Positions 14,144 to 27,400 of a stretch of DNA of 64,000 nucleotides are shown here, piece after piece. Source of the stretch: Paragordius varius (Eukaryota; Animalia; Nematomorpha). The notes beneath the pieces are model-generated. The model saw nothing but the letters and a program-made list of their open reading frames with translations, did no database searches and was not told where the DNA came from. The DNA is taken from NCBI GenBank assembly GCA_964247055.1, contig OZ176050.1, positions 8,990,001 to 9,054,000 of the forward strand. The letters run 5' to 3'. The position numbers and the translations under genes are program-made. Each line of letters starts with the position of its first letter. Within the stretch, counting starts at the first letter, position 1.

Positions 14144-15015
14144 CCAGGTGTGGTCAAAAGTCTTTACCAGTTTTTTGGTAAAAAACATGTATCGAAAGGA
14201 AAACAATTATTTATTTTATTAAAAATATTGTCCATCAACTTTTAAACAATTTGCCCATATCTCTGGGAGCAAATAAAGATAATTCCAGAAAACTGACTGT
14301 TTTTTGCGGCAAACCATTCATTAAACCATTTGCCAATGTCTTCGAAATTATTGAAGTGCAGCGCGAGGGTGTACCCATTGATGCGAAGATCTATTGGTCA
14401 GATGGCGCCAGATCAAGAGAATGTGGATGCGAATTAATTTCTCATCGAGGCGTTTATGAGACGGAGCATTGTCATGTAGCAATATCACTTTGCCATGTCT
14501 TCTGGGTCATTTCGGTCGTTTTTCTATTACTGCATGATTTGAATTTATTATTTGTTGGCGATAGCGTTGTGAATTACCAATTTCAACGGGTTTACGAATT
14601 TCACAATACAATACCGCTGGTCCCACCATACACAAAGCATAGTCTTCTTGCCGAGGCGATTTGGCCTTGGTGTTTCTGGATCGGCTTGCCACGATTTTTT
14701 CCGCTAATCCACTTCTCATCACCCGTCCTAATTTTATAAAATAATTTCCTCTAGTGACGTTGAACCAGGCACAAGTCTGCGATTTTCGATTTGACAATCA
14801 TTCAAAATGTCTGGAACCCGTTTACCGAGTTTATTGGTCCCCATTGCTCGCAGCCGATTACTGGTTATGTGATATATGTAATGCTTCTGCCAGTTGTTAT
14901 TGTGTTTGAGTTGATTTTAAAATGACAACTTTTAAATTTTTGAAACCATGTTTCACGTTAATAAATGGAGCATGTTCACCATTTTTTACAAGTAGGACTT
15001 TCAACACCCTTTTAC
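14144..15015 (-). mobile_element. Degenerate mariner (Mos1-like) transposase relic
   Basis: Minus-strand fragments match mariner transposase motifs: QLAEALHIS...RLRAMG...KRVP (WVPHEL region), VLYCE..KP.E.GNSQRYRQQIINSNHAVIEKRP and HPHSLDLAPSD (YSPDLAPSD). There are several stops and frameshifts. TIRs are only weakly recognisable (14144 ccaggtgtggtcaaaagtc; ~14990-15012). Confidence 0.8.
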
Positions 15016-15086
15016 TTCTGATGAAATAAGAAAAAGCGGTGCGTGACACAAATGATCTTTAGGCACAAAATCGTTCATTGCTAAAT

Positions 15087-16078
15087 GGGTGGGGGGATAA
15101 AAAAATTTTTTGACTTGACTTGCATTTTTTCAAGTCATGTCTTGCTTTCATGTGATAAAAAAAATGTTACATTTACTTAAGTCAAGCAAGAAAACTTGAT
15201 TTGGAGGTGATAAAAACACATATGATCAAGTAAAACTTATAGATTTTTCATGTGTGGTGTAGGGCACACTTGATAGATTTTAAAATATGGATTAAATTAT
15301 TTTGGAAACTATTTATGTATATAGGCTTTATATATAATTAAAAAAACCTTTGTAAATCATATAAATTTTTTATGTGATAAATTTTGGCTTATTAACCTAT
15401 TCAAATTGGGTTTTTTTAAAAACCTTCTAATATTTAAGAACAATGCATATAAAAATGTGCTATTCCGTGAACCTGCAAAAAAATTTATTTCCTTAAATTT
15501 CTCAAAATTAATAATTAAACATTAACCTTATAAAATTTCAAATCTTAATTTAATAAACGCGAAAGGTTACTTCACTATTTATTAACTAATGTAAAGAATT
15601 TATTTCATCATAAATTTATTTCGAATGTAATGTTGATAAATTAAAAATAATATGTTATATTGTATAAACATCTTCCCATTATATTTGCAAATGGACTTCT
15701 AACAAAATGAGCAGTGTGAAATAATAGTTTTATAAGGGCGAATGGTTTCATCAACTTAAAAATCATCACCAGATTTAATATTTAGAAAAATCTATAATTT
15801 TAAATAAGATACGTACCAGTCAGTTTGAGAAACTTCATAAATGCATATTGTATTAATTGTTTATCTTTTTGATTTCATGAATTATGGCTGTAATGATCAA
15901 AATAATTTTCGTAAAATTCGAATTGGGTGGCAAAAAAATGTTACATTCATAAGCAAAAGACATGACTTAAGTGTTTTTTTTATCATCGATCTTCAAGTGT
16001 ACACTTGCTGCCTTAAGTAAACTTGCTCAACTTGGCACGCTTGACTTACAAGTCAAGTACGACTTTTTAATCATCCCA
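15087..16078. mobile_element. Possible non-autonomous element with degenerate terminal inverted repeats
   Basis: Left end gggataaaaaaattttttgacttgacttg versus the reverse complement of the right end gggatgattaaaaagtcgtacttgacttg. Internal inverted pair aagtcatgtcttgct / agcaaaagacatgactt and a direct repeat aaaaaaatgttacatt. Confidence 0.4.
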
Positions 16079-16410
16079 TTCGATGAAAATAAGACGCTAC
16101 CTTTTGGCAGACTCAAATTGTGTGTATTGTAGTTTAATGAGCAAAATGAGTTCTGTATCAAATTAATCGTCTGCGAAATTTTCGCTCACGCCTAATCATA
16201 AAAGACAATTATAAAATTATATAACGTAACTTCTGCCCACTCACATCAGCGGCTCATGCACCCTTTCAATGACAAATTGTCGCCTGAAAATTTTCATCCA
16301 TTATGATATCTAGGGTGGTATTTTGGTAAGACTTTTAAAGGTATAATATAAATGGATTCGCCTTATAGTATGTTTTTATTTCGATATATATATATTTAGA
16401 CGATAAGTAA

Positions 16411-18363
16411 TCTATATATTTATAAAAATGGAAAGTGGTGGCTTTGTGATCTGTTTCCGGAAAACCGGTAGACCCATTCAAATCCAAATGTCAAAAAAAT
16501 ATAATCATTAATGAATGCCCCAACAATAGCTTCGCCCTTTTTTTGAATTAGGCTCCCAGTTCGGGCCCACCCCGTGTAAAAAAGGGTTTTTTTTGAAAAT
16601 AGACGTTTACAATTTCCGGAAAACGTGTTGGACCATTCGATTTCAAATATGATTTTTTTTACTTTTTTTTGATTGCGCCGAACATAGTCGGATTGCTTTT
16701 TTATTTTAGGCCCTCTTTTTAGCCGCTCCCCCCGGAAAACGCTATTTTTTTTCAAAAAAAACTAACTCCACAAAAATAATTTTTTAAATCTATTTTTTGC
16801 CCAATGTATGAGACCGTAAAAATTCAATGAGGATTCCAGGTACTCCCTATTAAAAGGCAAAAATTTTAATGCGTTTTTTTTATTGGCTGCTGGGTAAGGA
16901 GACCCGCTAAAAACTGACCCGTCATATTGAAATAGCGTGCCTCTGGGGCTAAATGTTAGAAAACATATCAGGCCATAAGAGTTCAGTAGATGCTTAAAAT
17001 ATTATCGGTAACAAGGCAAAAAACTAGCGTTAATTATGCCCTTCACGACCTAAAAAATGCGCCATCACAGAATGATTTTTTAGTTTTGTGACAATTTTTC
17101 CAAAAACTAAGGAGAGCATATGGAATCAATCATGATTCCAGGTATTTTCGTAAAAAGACAAAAATTTTAATGCGCTTTTTTGTATCAGTTTCTGGGTAGG
17201 GAGCTACCCGCTAAAACTGCGCCACCATACCAAAATTGTTTTGATTAGGCGTTAATTTTCAGAAAACTCATCAGGCCACACAATGTTAATAAGGGCCTGA
17301 AATATTACCCGTAAAAAGGAAAAAATTTAAGGCGAGCGGGTTTTTAAATTGGCCGTTAATTAGGCCCTTTATGCTCTAAAAAATGCGCTATCATTGAATT
17401 ATTATTTGGTTTGGAAGCCCTTCTTCCATAAATTAAGAACATAAGGAATGAGTGATGATTCCGCTATTCCCCCATAAAGGGAAAATTTTTTATTCCCTCT
17501 TTTTTATATTGGCCTCGGGGTAGGGAGCTAACGACCTACAACTGCACCATTATATCGATACAGCATGACTTTGGAGGCAAATTTTATATAACTTATCAGG
17601 CCATATGAGATAAATAAGGGCCTGAAATATTACCCGTAAAAAGGCAAATATTTAAGTAGAGAGGTTACCCCTTCATTGGCCTTGCTCTGAAAAATGCGCC
17701 ACAATAAATGACTTTTTGGTTTTGATGCAATTTTTCGAAAATCCAACGAGAGCATATGGAATCAATCATGATTCCATGTATTACCCGAATTAAAAAAATT
17801 TTGATCGAGCGTTTTTTGTTTCGCCCCTGGTTAGGGGGCTACCCGCATAAAACTGCGTCACTATATCGATACAGCATGACTTTGGAGGCAAATTTCAGAA
17901 AACCTGTTTGATAATTCCAAATATTACCCATATAAAGGCAAAAAATTTTCCCAACGCTTTTTATACCTTCCCTTGGGTAGGGAGCTACCCGCCCCACTAT
18001 ATAGAAATTGCGTTGTTTTATAATTTAAAAAAATTATGAAGCCATATGAGCTAATTATATTACCCGTATCTATGTAAAAAAGGTAAGGCGTCTTTTATTA
18101 GCCGTTGGGGCCTTTATGCCCTAAAAATATGCCATCATATAACGATTATTTAGTGATGAAATATTTTTTCGAATAACCCATGAGACGATGGTATTAAAGA
18201 TGATGCCAAATTTTTGCTCCATAAAGGCAAAGAATTTAACTCAGCGCTTTTGATAGATAAGTGTATGGTTAGGGTTTTACCGGTTTAAAACTGAGACGCC
18301 ATACAAAAATGGCGTGATTTTGGAGCTAATTTTCAAAAACTAAAGAAGCCATACGAGTTCAAT
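16411..18363 (+). mobile_element. Helitron-like non-autonomous repeat, copy 1, with ~300-320 bp internal tandem units
   Basis: Starts A|TCTATATATTTATAAAA. About 400 bp of unique leader is followed by 5-6 diverged units (anchor gattcc..tatt at ~16832, 17134, 17457, 17770). It is homologous to 46901-48996 in inverted orientation. No clear 3' hairpin or CTRR end was found. Confidence 0.55.
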
Positions 18364-19949
18364 TAAACACATTTCTGGGGAATTTGTAAAATATCATTCT
18401 TTCCTTTAAAAACGGACCACAAATGATTTACTTTTTCTATCCTTTGATCCCAGCTGTGTGAACACAATTTTAAAATAATTTAACCATAATTTAGTAAAAC
18501 GAAAATCTTTTATCCAATGATAGTTGAATATTAACTTTAATAAGGGAGAGTTTAAATATGGTCAATTTCAAGTAAACAATATTTAAGCCTCTGCAAAAAC
18601 CCGTAAAAGAATAATTAAAGATATTCTTTTTATTAAATATGTTTAATATTATATTTTTTATCTCCATTCCCTCTATTTATTGCAAATGTATTATATTATC
18701 AAATCTAATTAAATATGGAAACTGACCGTTGCATTGGCATTAAATGTGCCTAGTTGAAAGTTGAATATATATATCAATAATCACATATAACAATGAGACT
18801 AGCACAACCGTATTTTACCCCTAATTTATTTGATGTACATCTCTAATGGTTAGGATTTCTCTCTTTGGTCTTTCTTTGATTCTTATAACTTGGCTATTTT
18901 TTAATCGATTTTTCCCTGTACATCCCGTCCCACAATGATTGATAAGTATTCTCATCAGAGTCGGCTCTAGCATGGCCTGAGTTTTCATTAGTGTTTTAGA
19001 GGTTGCGCCTGACAGGCATGAGTGGAAAATTGTAAAATATAAATCATAGTAATTTATGCGATATACACAAATACCTCTTTCTGAAAGTTTATTCGTAAAT
19101 AAAATATAGCAGTGACATTCAAACCGCTGTCGACGGGCCGTATGCGGCCCTAGAAGTGCTTTTTATGGCACTGAATCCTTCATTTAATTGTTGGTGTACT
19201 TATTTAGTCATTAATATCTGCTTACCAGTCAAACATCTGTGCAATCATTATCGGTATTTTATGGTGCGTTGCCCTTGAGATAAGAAAATTATTCTATGCG
19301 GCCCTTCAAATATTTTTTTAGAGTTTTGCTGTTTAAGAGAATACCATATAGGGAAACATTCAAAAGTAAACTACCAACTCACACAAAGCCATTTCATTTG
19401 TTAGGTCCAGCATCATCTTTAAATTTTTGTAAAGAGTCTATGGACATAGGAAATTCAGCTTTGATGAAAGAGTCCACTTTTTCATAGATGAAAAAGATTT
19501 TCCGGGATTAAATATGATAGGGATTATGTGGTGGTATGTATAATCTTCATGGGTACCTATAAATAGGTATTTTTTGGAATTTTCAAAAGAGTTAGTAAGG
19601 AAAATTGTATTGTTCAGATATAAGAGGGATACGAATACGCCAGCAATTTTTATATAGTACATTTAAGTCCCACATGTTTAAACATATCATAAGAATCGAA
19701 AGAGCGCAATCGGCATAATCCTTTCTAATAATCTATATTTAAATATTGGGATGATTACGTCAGCTAATTAGTTTAAAGCTTAAGAGTGGGTCATTGTGAG
19801 TGAATATTTTATTTAACACAATGAGCGAAAGATTTAACTTTACCGAGAAGATAAGAAAAAATAGACTCGTAAGCTGAAAAATAGTATTATAATTTTCATA
19901 ATTTTTCTATCAGCACATTTGAAAATACTTATTTAAAACTAATGATCTT

Positions 19950-20429
19950 TTGGGGTAGTTTTATATTCCTGAGCGATTTGAAATTTTATTTATTATCTTA
20001 TAAGTATTCAGGGTAATATTACCGAATGTGAAAATATGCTTTCTTTAGCCTTTTAGACGCATTATAAATTTATTTAAAAAATGTAAAATTGAAAAAAAAT
20101 CCTCATTCCCATTTTTGGCCGCCATTTTTTTTCAAATTTTTTTAAATCGCTAACGCAACGGCAAATAAATGTATATTATGGTCAAAAATGCAAATATTAT
20201 AATTTTAAAAAGCTTTCAGGCTGCAATTTAACAGCAAAAAATTGATGTATTTTGATTATAATATCAGCTGTTCGTTTCGATAATGTTTTGAAGCTGTCCC
20301 AATTTCAGACTCTAGAAACCACCAAACTGTAAAAATTATAAGCTTTTTATTTAATGGTTTTAACTAAAATAACTTTCAAAACAGCTGTTGATTTACAAAA
20401 TGAAATTCTGGGATGTAAAACTACCCCAA
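19950..20429. repeat. Inverted-repeat-bounded segment, possible MITE remnant
   Basis: ttggggtagtttta at 19950 is a perfect 14-bp inverted repeat of taaaactaccccaa ending at 20429, with partial matching over 22 bp. A related ttggggtagttt occurs at ~54287. Confidence 0.35.
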
Positions 20430-21466
20430 TATATAAACTAGGACAAAAAAGTGAAAAGGTTATAGTGTGAATGATGTGCATTTATTCAAATTATTAAAAT
20501 ATAAATTTTATAAATCCTAAACTCAAATTCTTACCGCCAAATTTATATTTAAAAATTTATTTATGCTGCTAAAAACTTAAAATCGGTTTATTTTGATTGG
20601 GGTGCTATATTTTAGAACTTATAATCTGTAAAGATTTATAATATATATGATAGTCATGTTTAAGCAATTGCAACTTTTAAAAAATATTTACAAGTCTAAA
20701 GCTCGATGATAATATAAAAAACAGGATTGAAACCTAATTTTTAACTCAGAGTCATAAGTTTTTCGAAGAGCCGGAAATGGTTAACGGTTTTATACCGCTG
20801 TTCATAAAATTTTTTTTTGATAAAATGCTGACTTATACCATGTTTTAGGTTAATTAAATTCATAAAAAAGGAGTCGATAATTTTTTCAGTTTATGCTATT
20901 ATTCTGTTGCGATATGGTTAAAATTTTTTCATTATTATCATAAAACAACAAACAAAACATTTTTTTCAGCACATTTTTCTTCAAAATTATTTTGTAAATC
21001 TATTTTATTATTATTAAACCGGTCCCAGAACCAACATATTGGTTGCCCTATAAAGACACTTTTTTAAGTTAATAGTTTGAAACCCATCCTCTACCACAGA
21101 AAAATTGGCAAACATTTTTTTATCTTTTTTAGGATTGATTGTTTTAGTTTAATTCATGTACGATATCATTTTATCAATTGAGTGCATTTTTGAATTATTT
21201 TAATAATTTATTTTTTATTTAAGAATGACTCTATATATATATAGTTTTGTCTTAAAATCAAAATTAGCAAAATTATTATAAACCCTAAATTTATTCGAAT
21301 TCCATAGTGCTATAATTAAAATATATCTATCTAAGTGCAATAAAAATGTGATATAAATGTGTTTGTATATAGTTTTAAAAATCATTTAAAAATATATTGA
21401 GTGTAATTGTGTGTTAAATCCCTGGCAAAATAGTGTATTATTGTGTATATATATAATAAATTATGA

Positions 21467-24400
21467 TTAATTGTATTTTCCAATCTGATTGATATCCCCT
21501 TTGTCACCGACATATGTGTGTGTTTTGATTAGCTTTTCATATTTCACTGGAATATAAAAGGGATTAGATAGGTGTGAACATTCACTCGGTTTGCCTGAAT
21601 ACAAAAAATATAAAATAATATTTTTAATGATAAATATTTGAAAAATTATGCTTAAATAATATTAATATTGACAGCTAAATATTATATTTTAGCAGGTCGG
21701 TCAACGATTGTATATTCAAGTACTAAGCCTATATAAGATTTACACTTTGCAATCCTATTGTATCAAAAGTATTAAACAAATCACAATATTTCTATTAATT
21801 TTGATCGTTCGTCTAACCAAAATTTTATAAAATAAATGAATAATATGAAAAAAACAAACAAACCCAGAATTATATCAGCGGCTTTTTCAGCAATCATGAT
21901 AACAGGGGCATTTAAATTTCCACTCGGTATTGAAGGCATGATGGATGCATCGACAATGCGCAAATTTTTACAACCATATACATTCAAATCGGAATCAACA
22001 ACTGGCGGAGTAATATTAGCTAAAAATAATCATATATATAAAGATATTTAAGTTAAATTCACCATAATGTCCACCATTAAAGGATTGCACAATTTAATAT
22101 AACCTATTTTTAAAAATAATTAGAACCAAAATGTTTTAATTAATTCAATAATCAGCTTATAATATTGATTTCTAGTTTGTGGAAAGGTAAAATTAGACCA
22201 TTACAAAACTAGGACTATTAAAAAATAGGAATAATGCACAATAATGAGCCCATTAGTTTATAGGCAATGTTGATTATAAAAAGCTCATTATGAGTGGGGT
22301 CATTTTATGCGTGATCGCTGTAGTTTTTTAATACAATACATATATGTATGTATATATTAACTTAATTCCCCAGTTATTGATAAAACATTTTGGGGCGATA
22401 AACTTCCCATTCTACAGGTACCGCATGGATGATAAGCGCTGTCACACTTATCCATAATAGTCTTGATTAAGCTTTGTGATTTGTTTACATCGACGAAACC
22501 TACAAAAACATAAATAATACATATACAATAGTACTTTTTTACATCGTAAACTATAATTTTTGGAGTATTAATATTTTAATTATAAAGTTAATTTAAAAAA
22601 AGAGTTTTTATCAAAACATTATTGAGCGATTTTAAAAATTTAGGCAAAATATTTGTTATTTCAATGAATTTTTTTACGTATTAAATTAAAAATTTTAAAA
22701 TTGTTAATGTTGGGATTATAATTCAGCTATAAACAATTATTGTCAAACATATTAAATTAATAATAAAAATCAAAGTAACATTATTTTCAATATGCATATA
22801 TATTATATGGAGTATAGCATAAATAATGCTTCCAGAATAACGCCATAAACTACTAACTAAATATACAATTAAACTCGTCAGATTCTTATCAGTTGCTTAA
22901 GCTTCAAATTAAAATTTACCGTGATCTTTCTGAGTTAAAAAAAACTACTTGGTAAGTCCCGTAATTAAAGATATTCCAGCTAACACTATATAAAGGTAAA
23001 TGATTATTTATAAATTTCAAAAAATATTATAATAATGTTAATATAGGCCTTTTCTAAATTATTAACTAATTTTTGCCCAATCACTTTTTTTGCTCAAAAA
23101 TACGAAAAAACAAAAATAGTAAACCCTTGTCATTATAAAAAGCTTTGTGTTGCGAACCAGGACAAATTTCTTTAGCCCCATATTCTTTTGCAAGGGCGCT
23201 TTGTCTAAATATGAGCCTTGATGATTCGATTGCAGCGACGGCTTCATTTATATCCTTTTGCGTTGTGAAGTACCTGGGATCAATCTTGGGATGACAAAAT
23301 GGATTGGTTGATTGTAATGCAAGATAGCCCCTGGATGTTGGTCTCATTGAACCAGCATGAAGCTAGTTATTTTAGTTTAAATTTAATTAATAAGGTTAAT
23401 TTTTTCGGGTATATTTTGTATTAATATAAGATTGATGTTAGGGAAAGAAAATTATAAATTACAAATATGGTGAAAATATTATAAAAACCGAATCTAAATG
23501 TTATGTGCGGAAAAAATTATCTATAATAAGGGGGAACAAAAATCTGGTAAAAAGCATTTAAAACATTTTTTATGGTCCAAAATAAAAGAGATATATAACT
23601 ATGGGAAAATTTTCTCAGCAAATAATTGCGGTAATATATTGTACCGTATATCATGTAATATTAATTGGGTCATAAGGATAATTAATTAATGATTACATAG
23701 TGTATATATATAAACTATAATGAATTGATTCAAGTTTACTTGAAATGCATGAAAAGATGCTTCTTTACGTCCATGATCCTCCACCAAGCCAGCCAAAAAA
23801 TGAAATTGAATATTCGGTTGAATAGTATCCCAAACCATGTCAGTTAATAAAGTATTCAAACTGTTTTCATCTATGGCTGCGTTATGCAACATTTTATTCC
23901 TTTGAAATTGAGATATTTGGTCCGTAACGAATTGTGGCGTCTGATCTGGCCAACGAACAAATCCCCCCGACTCTAAATGTGAAGTTGCTCCCAAACCCTG
24001 TAAAGCGCAAGCATATACGGTAAAATAAACCTTTTTTGTGAAAAACATGCGACTATATCAAAAAAGTTTGTTCATCAACATAATAGCAAAACTTCAATAA
24101 AGAAAATCATAAATAATTCGTTTTGTGCGGGGAAAAAAATAAAAAACACAAACAGTAAAGATCATTTTTTTAACAAAATTTCGCCCTCAAATAGAGGTTA
24201 AACTGGAATATAAAACTTATTAAAAATTGTATAGATTAACCTTTTGGTTTAGAAACCATTGAGCACCAATCTTAATCATATTAAGTGGATAGGCCCATGT
24301 GGCTGAATATAATGTTATAGGTTTCTTACAAGTCATTTGGACATACATCTCTAAATGGTCCATCAAATTTTGACCAACACCAGGGGAATGTATCAAAGGT

Positions 24401-27400
24401 GTCACACCTACTGAATCCAAATGATCAGCATTTCCTAATTGTAACAATGTGTATTAATTTATAAATTTTTAAGTAAAAAAAGGCGAGACAATGCATGCTT
24501 TGTATAACTAACAGAAAGATTTTAAAAAGCAAATCGCAATATAATGAACCAGACTGAACTTAAAACGCAAAACTACAACATAAATTTTACACAATTAGCC
24601 GAAAATTCGATGCTTGAACATACATTTATATATATCAATTACTGAAACAATCTGGCTTAAGATAAAAAAATCAAATAAGTAATGGATACAAAGCAAAGTG
24701 AATATAGGTAAAATAGCTTGACAAAATTGTAAATATACTTGTACTTGGCTTAAGTGAATAAATTGATCTATTTTAGATAATCTTTATTAGAATTAAAGTA
24801 AAAAAATTTAACAATAAAAAAAATATATGACTTTGATGAAAAAATCCAATTTACCTATTCCCGAAAGCATTAATAATTGGGGCGAATTAATTGCTCCACC
24901 GGATAAAATAACTTCGCCACGACACTTTATATCAGTGCAGGTATGACTCCAATTTTTAGTGGTTTCTATAAAATTATAGTTATGTAATTATAAATCAGCA
25001 ATAATTATGAATGTTAGGAACACGGTATAAATACAAGTTGAAAATAAGATAAAATCCTTCTCAAGGAATTATTTAGAATACATTTAGCTAGAAATAACTC
25101 TAAAGAATAGCACAAAGATGTGTGTAACACATATTATAGTAAACTTTAAGCAAGCGATCTAAAAATACCGTTTATATTTATGAAAAGGAGATTAACAATT
25201 ACAAAACAAAAACTACAGTGTAATTTAAACAATATTATTCTAAAGGTTATAAAGGAAAAAAATAACCTGATGAAAATGTATCCATGAAGCTTGTATTATC
25301 TTTGATGGTACAAACTTGAACTCCTATAGTTTGGTAGGGACTGTCATGTTTTTTCTCACATATATCAACTGTGGTGTTTATTGATTGTTTGCCTCCCATT
25401 TTTTCAATCAAAACTTTGGTAACTAAAGTATTGCTTAACACATGTAAATTTTCACGTTCCAGGGCTGGTCTCAAATACGCTTTTGATGCACTCCAACGAA
25501 TCCCCTATTTTGCCAATAGATATATGATATGACTCTTATTGAACATTATCAAAACGAATATTATAAGAAACACGTAGAAAAACAATTTATGCTAACAAAT
25601 GAGAATCTTTCAAAGTGTTACAAAACAAATAAGTGTAGCTTAACTTTATAGCCAAAATTATTTGTAAAAAGCGTTTCCAAGATATTTTAATAGTGTGGCG
25701 AATGAAATAAATTTATAATATTTTGGATCAATTTTATGTACGTTGTGGATAGTTAAATCCATAGGTCCAACACCTTCCTGTTGAAAGCCATTCATATCAG
25801 GTGTGTAAGGAAAGCCAGCTTCTAAGCCAGCATCAATAAATGCTTGATAAAGGGGATTCGCCATCGCACAACGTGATACATGGAGTGGGCCTTTGTCTGC
25901 CAAAATATTTAAACGGAAAAAAAAATTTTAATGTCATATCAATACCAATTTATTTACAAATTAAAATATTTATTAGATATATAAAAATGAATAACATACA
26001 AAATTAAGCAGTTTATTAAAATTTATTTTGTATTAAAATCCTAGTAATAAAAATTAAGAATAAAACAGAATCCATGAATATAAAAATTATAGTGGTTAAA
26101 AGTTATTATCACTATTAAATTATAACTAAGCACTTCTAGAACGAACTTTTATACATATTATTTAAAAACCATTCAAACCACAAAATAATCTAATAAGTAA
26201 ATTTAATTTTCCCTTACATATGATATTTGATCTAAATTTATGAATATGCCCCCAAAAATAAACTTCATCTTACCACCAATGTAATCATTAGCCGGTAACA
26301 TGTCATGCGTTTCAGCCCTCCTGAAATAGGGTAAACAATGAAGATAATCCCATTGCTGGGAACAACCATATAGAGTGGCCCATCGATTGTAATCTAGCGC
26401 ATGACCTCTTATATAAACCATGGCATTAAGAGATGATGATCCACCCCAAACTCTACCTCGTGGCCAATACATGCGTCGACCTCCTTTTTCACCCAAGCTA
26501 GGTATTTTGTTTTGATGTGCAAAACTATTTATTTTTATTGCAGAATGTGTATTAATAAGAGTAAATTATATTAAATTTTCAACTTTTATTGAAAATTCTT
26601 TAAAAATCAATTTTTTATTTAATACACGCATTAAAAGCTTTTATTTTTATAATATATTATAATAATTTGAAAATGCGCAATTCTAACAAATTTGCCATCC
26701 TACTTTTCTTATTGTTATACGGGTCAACTAGCGAAAGATTGTCTTCTCGTACCCATTGGGTATAACTTCAGTATGATAAGATTAAAAAGAGGACAAATTA
26801 AAAGAGCGGGTATTATATCTACGTACATTTATGTTAGCTTATTATTAATGATTAATTTGCAACACAGTAGTCTATGGGTTAAAACAAAAAATATTCAAAT
26901 TAAACAAATCGTTCCAATCTTACAACATTAATTTTTTTAATTAATTATAGATAAAATTTGTTTTATAACACATGATACTGTATCACCAATTGGCCAACAA
27001 TAATGTGATAAGGCCAGCATAAATGTGCCAAATTTTAAGTCAGAAATGTAATTTTCTATCGGAATATTTGGATAAAGATAAAATTTGGGGGTCACATTGC
27101 ATATGGGGAAAATAAGCTCGAAAAATTGATTTTAGCTGTTTTGTCCAAATTCAAAAACACCCTAAACCAATAGATATTATCAAAATCATTTATCACATCA
27201 TTCATTTGTATGAGGATTGGCCATTAAATGAAGGTACACCCGTTTTTTCTAGTCTTTTCTTGATCTGGCTAATTCTAGATTTAAATTAAGCGATTCAGGT
27301 CTTTCGTTATTGTGTTGAGCCATAAAATGTATAAATTAAAAGCGTGTGTTTCAATAAGATTCGACATTTATAAAAAAACGCGTAAAATGCAAAAATATAT

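Noticed and set aside
16800-18363. CRISPR-like array
   Set aside because: The units are ~310 bp and similar along their whole length, with no short repeat and unique spacer pattern. The DNA is eukaryotic and no cas genes are present.
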